Positions 6,453-17,167 are shown, counted from the stretch's first letter. The stretch is 27,020 nt of DNA from a virus (IMGVR_UViG_3300026123_000024:1-27020); one strand, 5' to 3'. Notes: generated from the letters alone by a model not told the origin. Numbers and translations: made by a program.

Positions 6453-9400
6453 TGAGTCGTCGCGTAAGTAGTTTAGATAAATCTACGGTTGGCATACAAC
6501 GTGATATTGAAAGTCAATACGATAATGTAAAAACAGTAGCTATTAATATTGAAGACGTAGTAAGAGTTTCTACTAGCGTTGATAATATTAATAGAGTAGA
6601 AGAAAGCATTACAAATGTAGACAGAGTATTTTTATCTGTAGACAACGTAGATACTACTGCCGAGCATATTAATAACATTGATATTACTGCTGATAGCATT
6701 GTAAACGTAAATGCTGTAGCTGCAAATATTGCGGATATTAACATAGTAGCTGCAGATATTGATAAAGTTATTACTACTGCTAATGACTTAAATGAAGCTA
6801 TTTCTGAAATAGAAACTGTAGCCAATGATCTTAATGAAACTACTTCTGAAATTGAAACAGTAGCATTTTCTATTAATAACGTTGATGCAGTTGGTCAAAG
6901 TATTGTTGATGTAAACACAGTATCTGACAATATTTTAGATGTTAATAGAGTAGCAACGTCAGCTAATGAGCTTGATCGCGTATTTGTTTCTATTGACAAC
7001 CTTGATCGTGTATATACTTCAATAGATGAAGTAGATCGTCTTTATACTTCTATTCTTAAAATTGACAGAACATACGATAGTATTGACAACCTAGATCGTG
7101 TGTTTACTTCTATCGATAATATAGACAGAGTAGACTTATCTATTGATAACGTCGACAGAGTACACGCTAGTATTAGCAATGTCGATCGTGTATTTACTTC
7201 TATAGACAATCTTGACCGTGTGTACAGTTCAATCGGTAATATAGACCGTGTACATACAAGCATAGCAAACATTGATCGTGTTGAAGATAGTGCGGACAAT
7301 TTAGATCGAGTTTTTACATCGATTGACAACTTAGATCGTGTATTTACTAGTATTGGTAATGTAGATCGAGTAGATCAATCTATTTTAGAAGTAGATCGTG
7401 TATTCGCCTCTATTGATAATCTTGATAGAGTATTCACAAGTATTGATAACTTGGATCGAGTTGATACTAGTATCGATAATCTTGATCGTGTATTTACAAG
7501 TATTAGTGAACTAGATCGAGTTTACGCAAGCATTGAAAATGTAGATAGGCTAAATGTAGTAGATACTTTAGGCTCTACTGTATCAACTGCTGACTCTATT
7601 GATCGACTAAACACTGGTTTTACTGCAGATAACATTGATCGCCTTAATACTGGTGACACTGCAAACAATATTGACCGTGTTGAAGACAGCGCTGATAACA
7701 TTGACCGAGTACACACGTCTATTGCTCAAGTTGACCGAGTATACACTTCTATTGACAATGTAGACCGTGTTCATACCTCTATTAATAATGTGGATAGAGT
7801 ATTTACCTCAATTGACAATGTAGATCGCGTTGACCAGTCTATTGATAAACTAGATCGTGTTTATACTAGTATTGATGAGATTGACCGGGTATTTACGTCT
7901 ATCGATAACCTAGATATTGTTGATGCTAGTATTGTAAACGTAGATACTGTAGCTAGTAATATTCTTGATGTTAATCGTGTAGCAGATTCTGCTGACAACC
8001 TTGATAGAGTTCACGACTCAATCACTAATGTAGACCGAGTGTTTACATCTATTGATAACGTTGATCGAGTATCTACATCTGCTAATAAAGTCGATCGTGT
8101 ATATACCTCTATTCTAAAACTAGATAGGGTATACGATAGTGTAGATAACTTAGACAGAGTATTTACTTCTGTTGCAGAACTTGACCGTGTTTATGCGAGT
8201 ATTGATAACTTAGATAGAGTTCACACTAGCATAGGTAACCTGGACCGTGTAGATCAGTCTATCGACAATCTAGACAGGGTACATACAAGTATTGCTGAAG
8301 TAGATAGAGTATACACAAGTATTGCTAACGTCGACCGCTTAAATGTGGTAGACGCAGATGGGTCATTAGTAGCTACCGTAGATTCTATTGACCGTTTGAA
8401 TACAGGTCTAACAGCGGACAACATGGACCGCTTAAATACGGGCGCTACGGCTAATAATATTGACAGGGTATCAGCATCAGCAGATAAGCTTGATCGCGTT
8501 CACACGTCAATTCTGGAGCTTGACAGGGTATATACTTCGATAGACAACCTGGATAGGGTTGATACTTCTATTGATAACTTAGACCGAGTATACACATCTA
8601 TTGATAATATTGACCGAGTTGATCAGTCAATTGACAACATTGATAGATTGCATACATCAATTCTTAATCTAGATCGTATCCATACTTCTATTACAAACTT
8701 AGATAGAGTATACAGCTCTATTACTCAAGTAGACCGTGTATATGATAGTATCGCTAATGTAGATACAGTTAACCTGCATATTGCTAATGTAGATATTGTT
8801 GCAAATAACATTACTGATGTTAATACAGTAGCGGCTGATATTGCTAAGGTAATTAAAGTAGCAAATGATCTTAACGAAGCAATTTCTGAGGTAGAAGTTG
8901 TAGCTAATGACCTTAGCGAAACAACATCCGAAATTGAGACAGTAGCGAATAGTATTGTTAATGTTGATCTTGTTGGTACAGATATTACTAATGTTAATAC
9001 TGTTGCTACTAACATTGCTGACGTAAATCGTGTTGCATTATCTGCAGACAACATTGATAGAGTACACACCAGTATTACAAACGTAGATCGTTTGAATACA
9101 GGAGCTACTGCTGATAACATTGATAGAGTATCTACTTCAGCTAACAACTTAGACCGTGTATACACCTCTATTACAGAGTTGGATCGCGTTTATACATCTA
9201 TCGATAAACTAGATAGAGTGCATACTAGCATTGCTGAGTTGGATAGAGTTCATACTTCTATTGCAAAACTGGATAGAGTATACGACTCAATTGCCGCTGT
9301 TGATACAGTCAACACACACATTGTAGAACTAGATACCGTTGCAGCTGATATTACTAATGTAAACACGGTAGCTGCAAGTATTGCAAATGTAAACACCGCT

Positions 9401-11377
9401 GCTACTAACATTACCAATGTAAACGTAGTAGCTGGTATTAACACCGAGGTTACTACCCTTGCGGGCATTTCTGCGGAGTTAGAATCTTTATTTGCAGATA
9501 AGGCAACATTGGATAGTTTGTTTGCGGATAAAGCTACGCTAGACAGCTTATTTGCGGATAAGATTACCCTAGATTCTTTGTACGCAGATAAAGCCACGCT
9601 TGACTCAATTTTTGCAGACAAAGCAACACTTGATTCTATATTTGCAGATAAAGCTACATTAGATCGCCTACATACTTCTATCGCTAACATTGATAGAGTA
9701 TTTACATCGATTGCAAACCTAGATAGGGTTTACACCTCTATTAATAATCTTGATAGAGTGTTTACTAGTATTAGTAACCTGGACCGGGTATTTACCAGTA
9801 TTGCTAATGTCGATACAGTAGCCGGTATTGAAACTCAAGTAGTTACTGTTGCAGGTATTGAAACTGAAGTAGTATCGCTATATACCGATAAGGCTACTTT
9901 AGATAGCTTATACGCAGACAAGATCACACTGGATAGTCTGTATGCTGATAAAGTTACACTTGATTCTTTATATGCGGATAAGATTACTTTAGACTCTTTA
10001 TTTGCTGATAAAGTAACTTTAGACAGCCTTTACACTGACAAAGCTACCCTTGATAGTTTATACGCAGATAAAACAACACTAGACAGTTTATACGCAGACA
10101 AGATTACTCTTGACTCGCTTTATTCTGACAAAGTTACTCTTGATCGTTTGTACACTTCTATTGGTAACATCGATAGAGTACACACCTCAGTAACTAACCT
10201 AGACAGAGTCTACACGTCAATTGACAACCTAGATACTGTATACAGCTCTATTGCTAATGTTGATACTGTTGCGATTGACATTGCAAATGTTAATACGACT
10301 GCAGTAAACATCCTAAATATTAATACTGTTGCAGCTGATTTAAGTGCGACTGTTTCTGATATTAATACTGTTGCCGCCAATATTACAAATGTTAATACGG
10401 TTAGTACTGATATTGCTAATGTAAATATTGTAGCAAGTGGTATAGCTAATGTAGATATTGTAGCAACAGCAAGTACAAACGTTGCTACAGTTGCATCTGA
10501 CATAACTAACGTAAATACAACAGCATCTAATATAACAAGCGTTAATACTACCGCAAGTAACATTACAAGTGTTAACACTGTTGCTAGTAATATTGCTGAT
10601 ATTAGTACTGTAGTTAGTAACTTAGCAGAAATTTTAACTGCTGATGATAATGCTGTTGTTGCTACGGCAAAAGCTGCTGAAGCTTACGCCAGTGCCACAG
10701 CTGCTGCATCTTCTGAAACTAACGCAGCTACTAGTGAGTTAAACGCAGCTAATAGCGAAACTGCTGCTGCTAATTCAGCCGCAAGCGCTGAAACTAGTTT
10801 GCTTACCTTCCAAGGACAATACGTATCTCAAGCAACAGAACCTACTAACCCAGATGTTGGTGATTTATGGTTTGATACTACTACTGCTGTAATGAAAGTT
10901 TACGATATAGATGGGTGGAAATCGGCCTCTAGTTCTATAGAAGGAATTAAAACTGACTTCCAGTACGTAGCAGTTGAAGGACAAACAACATTTTCTGGTA
11001 GTGGTTTAGTTATTGACGTAGCGGAACTAGTCAACGTATACCTAAACGGTGTGCGTTTACCAAGTAGTGATTACATTGCTGATGCTACTACAAACACTAT
11101 TGTTCTTGCCGAGCCTGTAGTTGCGGGGGATGAATTAGAAGTAGAAGTATTTGGTAACTTTGCTGGTCAAAGTGGCGCTAATGTAGCTATTACCGGTGGT
11201 ATAATTACTGGACTAATTAACTTTAGTTCTGATATAATTACTTTTGGTGATTGGACAATTACTGAAAGCGGCAATTCAATTTATTTCGCAAACAATGGTA
11301 CTAACTTGATGAAACTTGCTGCAGATGGAACACTACAAGTAGCTGGTGACTTAGAAACAAACGCAACAATTATTTAA
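6452..11377 (+). CDS. Giant decad-repeat fibre/appendage protein (1641 aa)
   Basis: About 1400 aa of 10-residue repeats (DRVYTSIDNL, NVNTVAxNIx, DSLYADKxTL). The C-terminus has tail-fibre motifs (GDLWFDT, YVAVEGQTTF, VYLNGVRL, NVAITGG). It occupies the N4 gp66 appendage position. Confidence 0.8.
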   Translation: MSRRVSSLDKSTVGIQRDIESQYDNVKTVAINIEDVVRVSTSVDNINRVEESITNVDRVFLSVDNVDTTAEHINNIDITADSIVNVNAVAANIADINIVAADIDKVITTANDLNEAISEIETVANDLNETTSEIETVAFSINNVDAVGQSIVDVNTVSDNILDVNRVATSANELDRVFVSIDNLDRVYTSIDEVDRLYTSILKIDRTYDSIDNLDRVFTSIDNIDRVDLSIDNVDRVHASISNVDRVFTSIDNLDRVYSSIGNIDRVHTSIANIDRVEDSADNLDRVFTSIDNLDRVFTSIGNVDRVDQSILEVDRVFASIDNLDRVFTSIDNLDRVDTSIDNLDRVFTSISELDRVYASIENVDRLNVVDTLGSTVSTADSIDRLNTGFTADNIDRLNTGDTANNIDRVEDSADNIDRVHTSIAQVDRVYTSIDNVDRVHTSINNVDRVFTSIDNVDRVDQSIDKLDRVYTSIDEIDRVFTSIDNLDIVDASIVNVDTVASNILDVNRVADSADNLDRVHDSITNVDRVFTSIDNVDRVSTSANKVDRVYTSILKLDRVYDSVDNLDRVFTSVAELDRVYASIDNLDRVHTSIGNLDRVDQSIDNLDRVHTSIAEVDRVYTSIANVDRLNVVDADGSLVATVDSIDRLNTGLTADNMDRLNTGATANNIDRVSASADKLDRVHTSILELDRVYTSIDNLDRVDTSIDNLDRVYTSIDNIDRVDQSIDNIDRLHTSILNLDRIHTSITNLDRVYSSITQVDRVYDSIANVDTVNLHIANVDIVANNITDVNTVAADIAKVIKVANDLNEAISEVEVVANDLSETTSEIETVANSIVNVDLVGTDITNVNTVATNIADVNRVALSADNIDRVHTSITNVDRLNTGATADNIDRVSTSANNLDRVYTSITELDRVYTSIDKLDRVHTSIAELDRVHTSIAKLDRVYDSIAAVDTVNTHIVELDTVAADITNVNTVAASIANVNTAATNITNVNVVAGINTEVTTLAGISAELESLFADKATLDSLFADKATLDSLFADKITLDSLYADKATLDSIFADKATLDSIFADKATLDRLHTSIANIDRVFTSIANLDRVYTSINNLDRVFTSISNLDRVFTSIANVDTVAGIETQVVTVAGIETEVVSLYTDKATLDSLYADKITLDSLYADKVTLDSLYADKITLDSLFADKVTLDSLYTDKATLDSLYADKTTLDSLYADKITLDSLYSDKVTLDRLYTSIGNIDRVHTSVTNLDRVYTSIDNLDTVYSSIANVDTVAIDIANVNTTAVNILNINTVAADLSATVSDINTVAANITNVNTVSTDIANVNIVASGIANVDIVATASTNVATVASDITNVNTTASNITSVNTTASNITSVNTVASNIADISTVVSNLAEILTADDNAVVATAKAAEAYASATAAASSETNAATSELNAANSETAAANSAASAETSLLTFQGQYVSQATEPTNPDVGDLWFDTTTAVMKVYDIDGWKSASSSIEGIKTDFQYVAVEGQTTFSGSGLVIDVAELVNVYLNGVRLPSSDYIADATTNTIVLAEPVVAGDELEVEVFGNFAGQSGANVAITGGIITGLINFSSDIITFGDWTITESGNSIYFANNGTNLMKLAADGTLQVAGDLETNATII
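6500..10640 (+). repeat. Degenerate 30-bp-period coding tandem repeat
   Basis: Recurring GAY-MGN-GTN...ATT-GAY-AAY units with diversified synonymous codons. Confidence 0.9.
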
Positions 11378-11410
11378 TTACTGATTACTAGCTAATAGGA
11401 GCTTCCGAAG

Positions 11411-14400
11411 ATGGCTATTAAAGTTACAGGTATTACGGTTATTGATGATAACCGTAATGCTGATGTACAAAATTTAACCGCAACATCTGTACAACTGACC
11501 GGCGGTACAGGTGACCAAGGCACCATTACTTGGAACGTTGATGAGGAAACTCTGACTCTTGTTCAAGATGGTGTAAGCCTACCTGTAGGTCAAGCATTAG
11601 AAATTCATGCTCGTAATAATACTGGAAGTACTATTACCGCAGGCACAGTAGTAATGGCAACAGGCACTATTGGAGGTTCTGGTCGTATTACTATTGCACC
11701 GTTTGTAGCAGATGGAAATACTGATGTTAAATATATGCTTGGTGTTACTGCCGAAGATATTTCTAACGATGCTGACGGTAAAGTACTTTCTTTTGGTAAA
11801 ATTAAAAACATTGACACATCTGCATATAGCGAAGGTGATGTTCTTTACGTAAGTACCACTACTGCTGGGCAGTTTACTAATGTAGAGCCTGTAAGCCCTG
11901 CTATTAGCATCCCTATAGCAATTGTTATTAACAATGCTAGTAACGGTACTCTTTTTGTACGTGTTCACCCTGAAGATGAAAATGAAGTTACAAGAGTTGT
12001 AACTAGTTCTGCAGCTACTAAAGTAGATAAAATTAATATTACTGGTGCTACTGTTGGTTCTGCTTCAGAAGTTCCTGTAATTACTTTTAATGAACAAGGT
12101 CAAATTACTTCAGCTACTACTACTTCTGTGGCAGGGGTATCATCTTTTTCTTACGATGCTCCTACCGAGTTACTAACTATTAGTACAGCAGATGGCGGTT
12201 CTTTTACAGCTGATGTGTCAGCATTATGGACACAAGATAATACTAAAATCTCTAACTGGGATACAGCGTATTCTTGGGGCAACCATGCTAATGCTGGGTA
12301 TTTAAACAATACAAATGTATCTTATAACCAGTCTGGTAATCCTGAAAAAGGTTTGTTTATTAAATGGGATTCTGCCGCACAAGTATATATTGATTCTGAA
12401 TTAAGTATTACAGATAGTAGCGATGTTGTTTATGGTATTACAGCTCCAGCAGCTGGTGAGTCTTTAGTATATGCTGATGTTGATGGTAAAATGAAATGGA
12501 CAAATATTAATTTGTCTAACCAAATTATTAGTCAGATCACAGATTCAGCCCCTTCTACCCTAGATACTTTAAATGAACTGGCTGCAGCATTAGGTGATGA
12601 TCCTAACTTTGCTACGACAGTATCTACTCAGATTGGTACTAAGCTAGACGCAACGGCAAATGCTGTATCTGCTAGCAAACTCCAGACAGCTAGAACTATT
12701 GCATTGTCTGGTGACGTGTCAGGTTCTGTTTCTTTTGATGGTACATCAAACGTAACTATTACTACAGCTGTTGCTGATGATAGCCACAACCATGTGATTG
12801 CTAACATTGACGGATTGCAAGCTGCTCTTGATGGTAAGGTAGATGATAGTCAAGTACTAACTAACGTACCTGCAGGTGCTGTGTTTACTGATACTGTATA
12901 TACACACCCTAGCTACGCAGGGGATGACATCAACCTAGACACTGGTGCGTTGTCAGGTGCTACTGTAATTAGCGATTTAGACTTTAACGTAACTACTGAT
13001 ACTCAGGGTCACGTTACAGATGCTAACGCTACATATGCTACTCGTAATATTACTGCAGCAGACGTAGGTGCGGCACCAGCTAGTCATTCTCATAGTTATC
13101 TTCCGTTGTCTGGTGGTACTGTTACTGGAGAAATCAAGTTACAAGGCACTGCGCCACAGTTAAAATTTGAAGATGTTGACAATGATGACTATTGGATTCA
13201 TGTAAATAGTGGTAAGTTCTACATTCTTCCAGATAGAGATAGCAATGGAAGTTGGGAAACACCATATCCATTAGAGATTACTGCTGATACTAACTCGTTC
13301 TTAATATACGGTAACAATGCTTTCCACGATGGATACCACCCTAATGCAGACAAGTGGACTACCGCACGTACACTGTCGTTGACAGGTGCTGTTACTGGTT
13401 CTGCTTCTATTGATGGTTCAGGTAACGTGTCACTAGCTACTACAGCTACGTCTGACCCTACATTAACTCTGTCTGGTGATGCTTCTGGTAGTGCAACATT
13501 CACTAACTTAGGTAATGCCACGCTTAATGTTACTGTAGCAAATGATAGTCATACGCATGACACTAGGTATCCACAAATACAAGCGACTTTCCGTAGTGGC
13601 GCTCAAAACTTTGACAGCTTAAAGACCTCTGGTTTCCATAGTCTATACAACGCAAACGCATCAGGGCATACTAACGCACCTTTCCAGTACGGTGCTATGA
13701 TAACTGCAGGTAATACTAGTGATGGTGGCGGTATGGCTATGCAGCTCGCTCATGAGCGCACTGGTGCCGGTACTTACATTAGAGGTATGAATGATACGAA
13801 TGACACTTGGTATTCGTGGCAGCGTATTTTCATGGATAACTACCACCCTAATGCAGACAAGTGGACAACTGCTAGAACACTAAGCTTAACAGGAGATGTC
13901 TCTGGTAGCGTAAGCTGGGATGGTTCTGGCAACGTATCAATGACAACTACTGTTGCTGACGATAGTCATAGTCATAGTAATTATGAACCTTTAAACGGTA
14001 CGATCATACATCAAACAGGTGATATATCAAGTCAAGATTGGAACACGTATATTGATGGTACTGAAGCTTCTTGGGCTACAGTGTTAAATCATACAGGTTC
14101 TAATAGACCTTCATCTTCTTACACCTATGGTACTGCGTTAAACATTAGCAAATCTGGGCAAGCAGGTGTTCAGTTATACATTCCTGAAACTGCTTCAAAT
14201 GGCGGTGCGAATGGAGGTATCTGGTATAGATCAAAATGGAGTACAAACTATCGCCCATGGGCTAGAATATGGGATAGTTCTTACATGGGAGCAGGCTCAG
14301 GTCTAGATGCTGATTTACTTGATGGTCAACATGCAAGTGCGTTTGCTGCTGCATCACATACTCACAGTTACTTGCCGTTATCAGGTGGCACTATAACTGG

Positions 14401-15535
14401 GAATGTAACGTTTACTGGGGCTGATGCTGAAAGCGCTTTAACTCTTTCTGGTACTTCACCAACATTAGCGTTTACTGATACTGGTTCAGAAGATGATTTC
14501 TACATCCATGTAAATAGTAATAATTTCTATGTACTTAGAGATTCAGGTGGTGTGGGTAGTTACGGTGCTTGGGATAGCCCTCATCCGTTGCAATTAGAGG
14601 GTGACACTAACATCGGTTATTTATTTGGTAACCGTATATTCGCAGATAACTACCACCCTAATGCCGATAAGTGGACAACGGCGCGTACTAACACAGTTAC
14701 TTTAACTGGTGATGTAACAGGTTCAGGTAGTGCTACTGTAGATGGCTCTGGTAACTGGACAGTAAGTGTACCTGCTGCTGTAGCAGATAACAGTCACAAC
14801 CACACTAGTCTAACTGGAGTAACATCTATTAGCTTTGCTGCCCAATCTTCGGATGCAATGTCTATTAGTAGAACAATCAACGGTACAGGCACATACTTCG
14901 ACTTTAACCTAACAGATGATAATAATAACGACTGGTGGCGTTGGAGATTCACTCCAAGTGGTTCGACTGTATATGATGCAATGACGCTCAAGCCGGTATC
15001 AAACGGTAATGCAGATTTGACTGTATCAGGTTCGGTATTTGCAGATTCGTTTGATGCCACATCACAGGTTCGTATAGGCTCTGAAGTAGTCCTTCAAGAA
15101 TCCACTGACCGAGCTGATCTATTACAGATTACATCAAGCACATCTACTTGGGCAGGTCTGCAGATCCGTAACAGCTCTAACGAAGGTCGTTGGTCGTTCA
15201 TGACTGATGGTGAAGTAGCTGGTATCTACAACGATGAAGATGAAAGGTGGCATCTGTACTTCAACGAGCTGGGTGAAACTCAGATTCGCCACGGTGCTGA
15301 CGGTGTAACTAAACTCAAGACAACAAGTACTGGTGTTGATGTAACAGGACTTACTGTTAATGGATCTCCTTTAGAAGCTGGTGCTAAGCAAGGTTTGTTC
15401 TGGGAAAACGATCAGACAGTAACTAGCAACTACACTATTACAGCAGGAAAGAATGCTGGTACATTTGGTCCTGTAACAATTAACCCAGGTGTTACTGTAA
15501 CAGTACCGTCTGGATCAATATGGAGTATTGTCTAA
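11411..15535 (+). CDS. Mosaic long tail fibre protein 1 (1374 aa)
   Basis: LDTLNELAAALGDDPNF, ARTIALSGDVSGSVSFDG, 3x YHPNADKWTTAR, GLDADLLDG, knob-like inserts, and C-terminal FWENDQTVTSNYTIT..GPVTI..VTVPSGSIWSIV. Confidence 0.9.
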   Translation: MAIKVTGITVIDDNRNADVQNLTATSVQLTGGTGDQGTITWNVDEETLTLVQDGVSLPVGQALEIHARNNTGSTITAGTVVMATGTIGGSGRITIAPFVADGNTDVKYMLGVTAEDISNDADGKVLSFGKIKNIDTSAYSEGDVLYVSTTTAGQFTNVEPVSPAISIPIAIVINNASNGTLFVRVHPEDENEVTRVVTSSAATKVDKINITGATVGSASEVPVITFNEQGQITSATTTSVAGVSSFSYDAPTELLTISTADGGSFTADVSALWTQDNTKISNWDTAYSWGNHANAGYLNNTNVSYNQSGNPEKGLFIKWDSAAQVYIDSELSITDSSDVVYGITAPAAGESLVYADVDGKMKWTNINLSNQIISQITDSAPSTLDTLNELAAALGDDPNFATTVSTQIGTKLDATANAVSASKLQTARTIALSGDVSGSVSFDGTSNVTITTAVADDSHNHVIANIDGLQAALDGKVDDSQVLTNVPAGAVFTDTVYTHPSYAGDDINLDTGALSGATVISDLDFNVTTDTQGHVTDANATYATRNITAADVGAAPASHSHSYLPLSGGTVTGEIKLQGTAPQLKFEDVDNDDYWIHVNSGKFYILPDRDSNGSWETPYPLEITADTNSFLIYGNNAFHDGYHPNADKWTTARTLSLTGAVTGSASIDGSGNVSLATTATSDPTLTLSGDASGSATFTNLGNATLNVTVANDSHTHDTRYPQIQATFRSGAQNFDSLKTSGFHSLYNANASGHTNAPFQYGAMITAGNTSDGGGMAMQLAHERTGAGTYIRGMNDTNDTWYSWQRIFMDNYHPNADKWTTARTLSLTGDVSGSVSWDGSGNVSMTTTVADDSHSHSNYEPLNGTIIHQTGDISSQDWNTYIDGTEASWATVLNHTGSNRPSSSYTYGTALNISKSGQAGVQLYIPETASNGGANGGIWYRSKWSTNYRPWARIWDSSYMGAGSGLDADLLDGQHASAFAAASHTHSYLPLSGGTITGNVTFTGADAESALTLSGTSPTLAFTDTGSEDDFYIHVNSNNFYVLRDSGGVGSYGAWDSPHPLQLEGDTNIGYLFGNRIFADNYHPNADKWTTARTNTVTLTGDVTGSGSATVDGSGNWTVSVPAAVADNSHNHTSLTGVTSISFAAQSSDAMSISRTINGTGTYFDFNLTDDNNNDWWRWRFTPSGSTVYDAMTLKPVSNGNADLTVSGSVFADSFDATSQVRIGSEVVLQESTDRADLLQITSSTSTWAGLQIRNSSNEGRWSFMTDGEVAGIYNDEDERWHLYFNELGETQIRHGADGVTKLKTTSTGVDVTGLTVNGSPLEAGAKQGLFWENDQTVTSNYTITAGKNAGTFGPVTINPGVTVTVPSGSIWSIV

Positions 15536-15536
15536 T

Positions 15537-15899
15537 ATGAGTACGCTCAAGGTAGATAATCTACAAACATCAACTGGAGCTGGTCTATATCCTGCTCGTT
15601 GTTGGTGTACTTTAAATGGTTTAAGTACTTTGTACATAATGCAATCAGGTAATGTTTCTAGTGTAACAGATAGTGGAACAGGGACATATGAAATAAATTT
15701 TCTTACAGCAGCACCACATGCACAATACAGTATTGTTGCTACTGCAAAAGGATTTGATTCAACTGATAACTCTGGCGAAAACACTATTATTTCTAATAAT
15801 GTACCTCCTACTACTACTAAGTTTAGGATAGTAAACTCGTTTGCAGGTAACTCTGTATTATATGATTCAGGGCACATGAGTGTCGTTTGTTTTTGGTAA
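15537..15899 (+). CDS. Small tail-fibre-associated beta protein, paralog 1 (start ATG 15537)
   Basis: MSTLKVDNL N-terminus; ARCWC..GNVSSVTDSGTGTYEINF..APHAQY motif common in aquatic phages downstream of fibres. Confidence 0.7.
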   Translation: MSTLKVDNLQTSTGAGLYPARCWCTLNGLSTLYIMQSGNVSSVTDSGTGTYEINFLTAAPHAQYSIVATAKGFDSTDNSGENTIISNNVPPTTTKFRIVNSFAGNSVLYDSGHMSVVCFW

Positions 15900-15908
15900 G
15901 GAGGAAAT

Positions 15909-16283
15909 ATGTCTACATTAAACGTTGAAACAATTACAGACGGTACTAACTCCGTATCTACTTCTGTGGTCACTAAAGGCGTTGCTCGTGCTTGGGTAAC
16001 GTGGACTATGCAAGGAACTCAAACTATTTTTGAGTCTAATAATATAAGCAGTATTACTGATAACGGCGCTGGCTGTACTTTTATAAACTTTGCTCAAGCT
16101 GCTCCTCATGCTAATTATGCGTGTGCTACAAGTACTACACATACTGAAGCAATTAACTACAGTGCAGGCTTAGTGGTAGAAAGAGGAGTGAATGATACTA
16201 CTCAAAACAGAGCTTACGTAATGCACGTTTATCCCTCTGCACGATGGGATTCTGGTCGCTGTTCTTTTATTATGTTCTATTAA
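15909..16283 (+). CDS. Small tail-fibre-associated beta protein, paralog 2
   Basis: AGGAGG RBS; MSTLNVETI; ARAWV..NISSITDNGAG..INF..APHANY. Confidence 0.7.
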   Translation: MSTLNVETITDGTNSVSTSVVTKGVARAWVTWTMQGTQTIFESNNISSITDNGAGCTFINFAQAAPHANYACATSTTHTEAINYSAGLVVERGVNDTTQNRAYVMHVYPSARWDSGRCSFIMFY

Positions 16284-16295
16284 GGAAACTAAAAC

Positions 16296-16538
16296 ATGTC
16301 ACAGAAAATTATTTACAAAACACCAGAAGGCGGTGTCGCAGTTATTCATCCTTCAGCAGAAGCTCTAGCATCATACTCAATTAACCAGATTGCAGCTAAG
16401 GATGTACCTCCGGGCCTAGCGTATAAGATTGTAAATGCAGATGTTATTCCATCTGATCGTACATTCCGTGATGCGTGGGAAGTAGACGAAACTACTTTAA
16501 CTGATGGTGTTGGCAGTCCGTCAAACACTTTTAATTAA
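16296..16538 (+). CDS. Putative tail fibre assembly protein (80 aa)
   Basis: IIYK..GGVAVIHP..IAAKDVP.G..YKIV...IPSDRTFRDAW, a conserved fibre-adjacent family; AAGGA RBS. Confidence 0.65.
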   Translation: MSQKIIYKTPEGGVAVIHPSAEALASYSINQIAAKDVPPGLAYKIVNADVIPSDRTFRDAWEVDETTLTDGVGSPSNTFN

Positions 16539-16549
16539 GGAGGAGTATT

Positions 16550-16897
16550 ATGCCTTCTTATATTAGAGGTGATGATAACTTTGATACATCCGATGTTACA
16601 TCTGACGGAGTAGCATCGGCTTATATTAACGTTAATAGCGGCAATGATTCTATTGGAGCTAGCTATAATGTCTCATCTGTAACGGATTCAGGACAAAGTG
16701 CATATTACATTAACTTTATCACGCCTATGTCTTCAACAACCTATTCAACAGTAGGTGCTTGTTATCTACCATACAACGGGTCTAACGGAAGTTTCTTTAC
16801 TGTAATGGGGCAGGAAACTAACCGTGTACGGTTGGGGTTTGTAAGTGCTGGTGCCGCTTATTACTCTCCAATAGTTGGTTGTGCAATTTATCAATAA
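16550..16897 (+). CDS. Small tail-fibre-associated beta protein, paralog 3
   Basis: AAGGAGG RBS; ASAYIN..SYNVSSVTDSG..YYINF.TPM..TY. Confidence 0.7.
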   Translation: MPSYIRGDDNFDTSDVTSDGVASAYINVNSGNDSIGASYNVSSVTDSGQSAYYINFITPMSSTTYSTVGACYLPYNGSNGSFFTVMGQETNRVRLGFVSAGAAYYSPIVGCAIYQ

Positions 16898-16907
16898 GGG
16901 AATCAAA

Positions 16908-17144
16908 ATGATTAACGTAAACATTAACAAAGCTAAAGAAATTTCTCACAACGCACGTAGAATGAAACGTGCTGAAGAGTTTCAACCTTTAGATGTTAAA
17001 GCAACTATTCCATCTGAAGCAGCTCAAGCAGAGGCGGAACGTCAGGTTATTCGTGATAAGTATGCTGCTATTCAAGCAGAGATTGATACAGCGGCAGATG
17101 AAAACGAGTTAAAAAATATTTTAATTACTAACAAACTACTTTAA
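16908..17144 (+). CDS. Putative tail fibre assembly/chaperone protein (78 aa; start ATG 16908)
   Basis: INVNINKAKEI.H..RR..RAEEF.PLD...IRDKY...EID.A....LK helical family usually adjacent to the KDVP/DRTFR protein. Confidence 0.65.
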   Translation: MINVNINKAKEISHNARRMKRAEEFQPLDVKATIPSEAAQAEAERQVIRDKYAAIQAEIDTAADENELKNILITNKLL

Positions 17145-17167
17145 TAATTTAAAAGTAACTTGTTAGG

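Noticed and set aside
6514-10578. Multiple minus-strand ORFs antisense to the repeat protein
   Set aside because: They are shadows of repetitive codon usage with no RBS or expression signals; the same applies to the minus-strand ORFs opposite terL, the fibres and the portal.
6500-10640. CRISPR array or DNA-level minisatellite
   Set aside because: The repeats are in-frame, conserved as protein and variable at third positions; there is no repeat-spacer structure.
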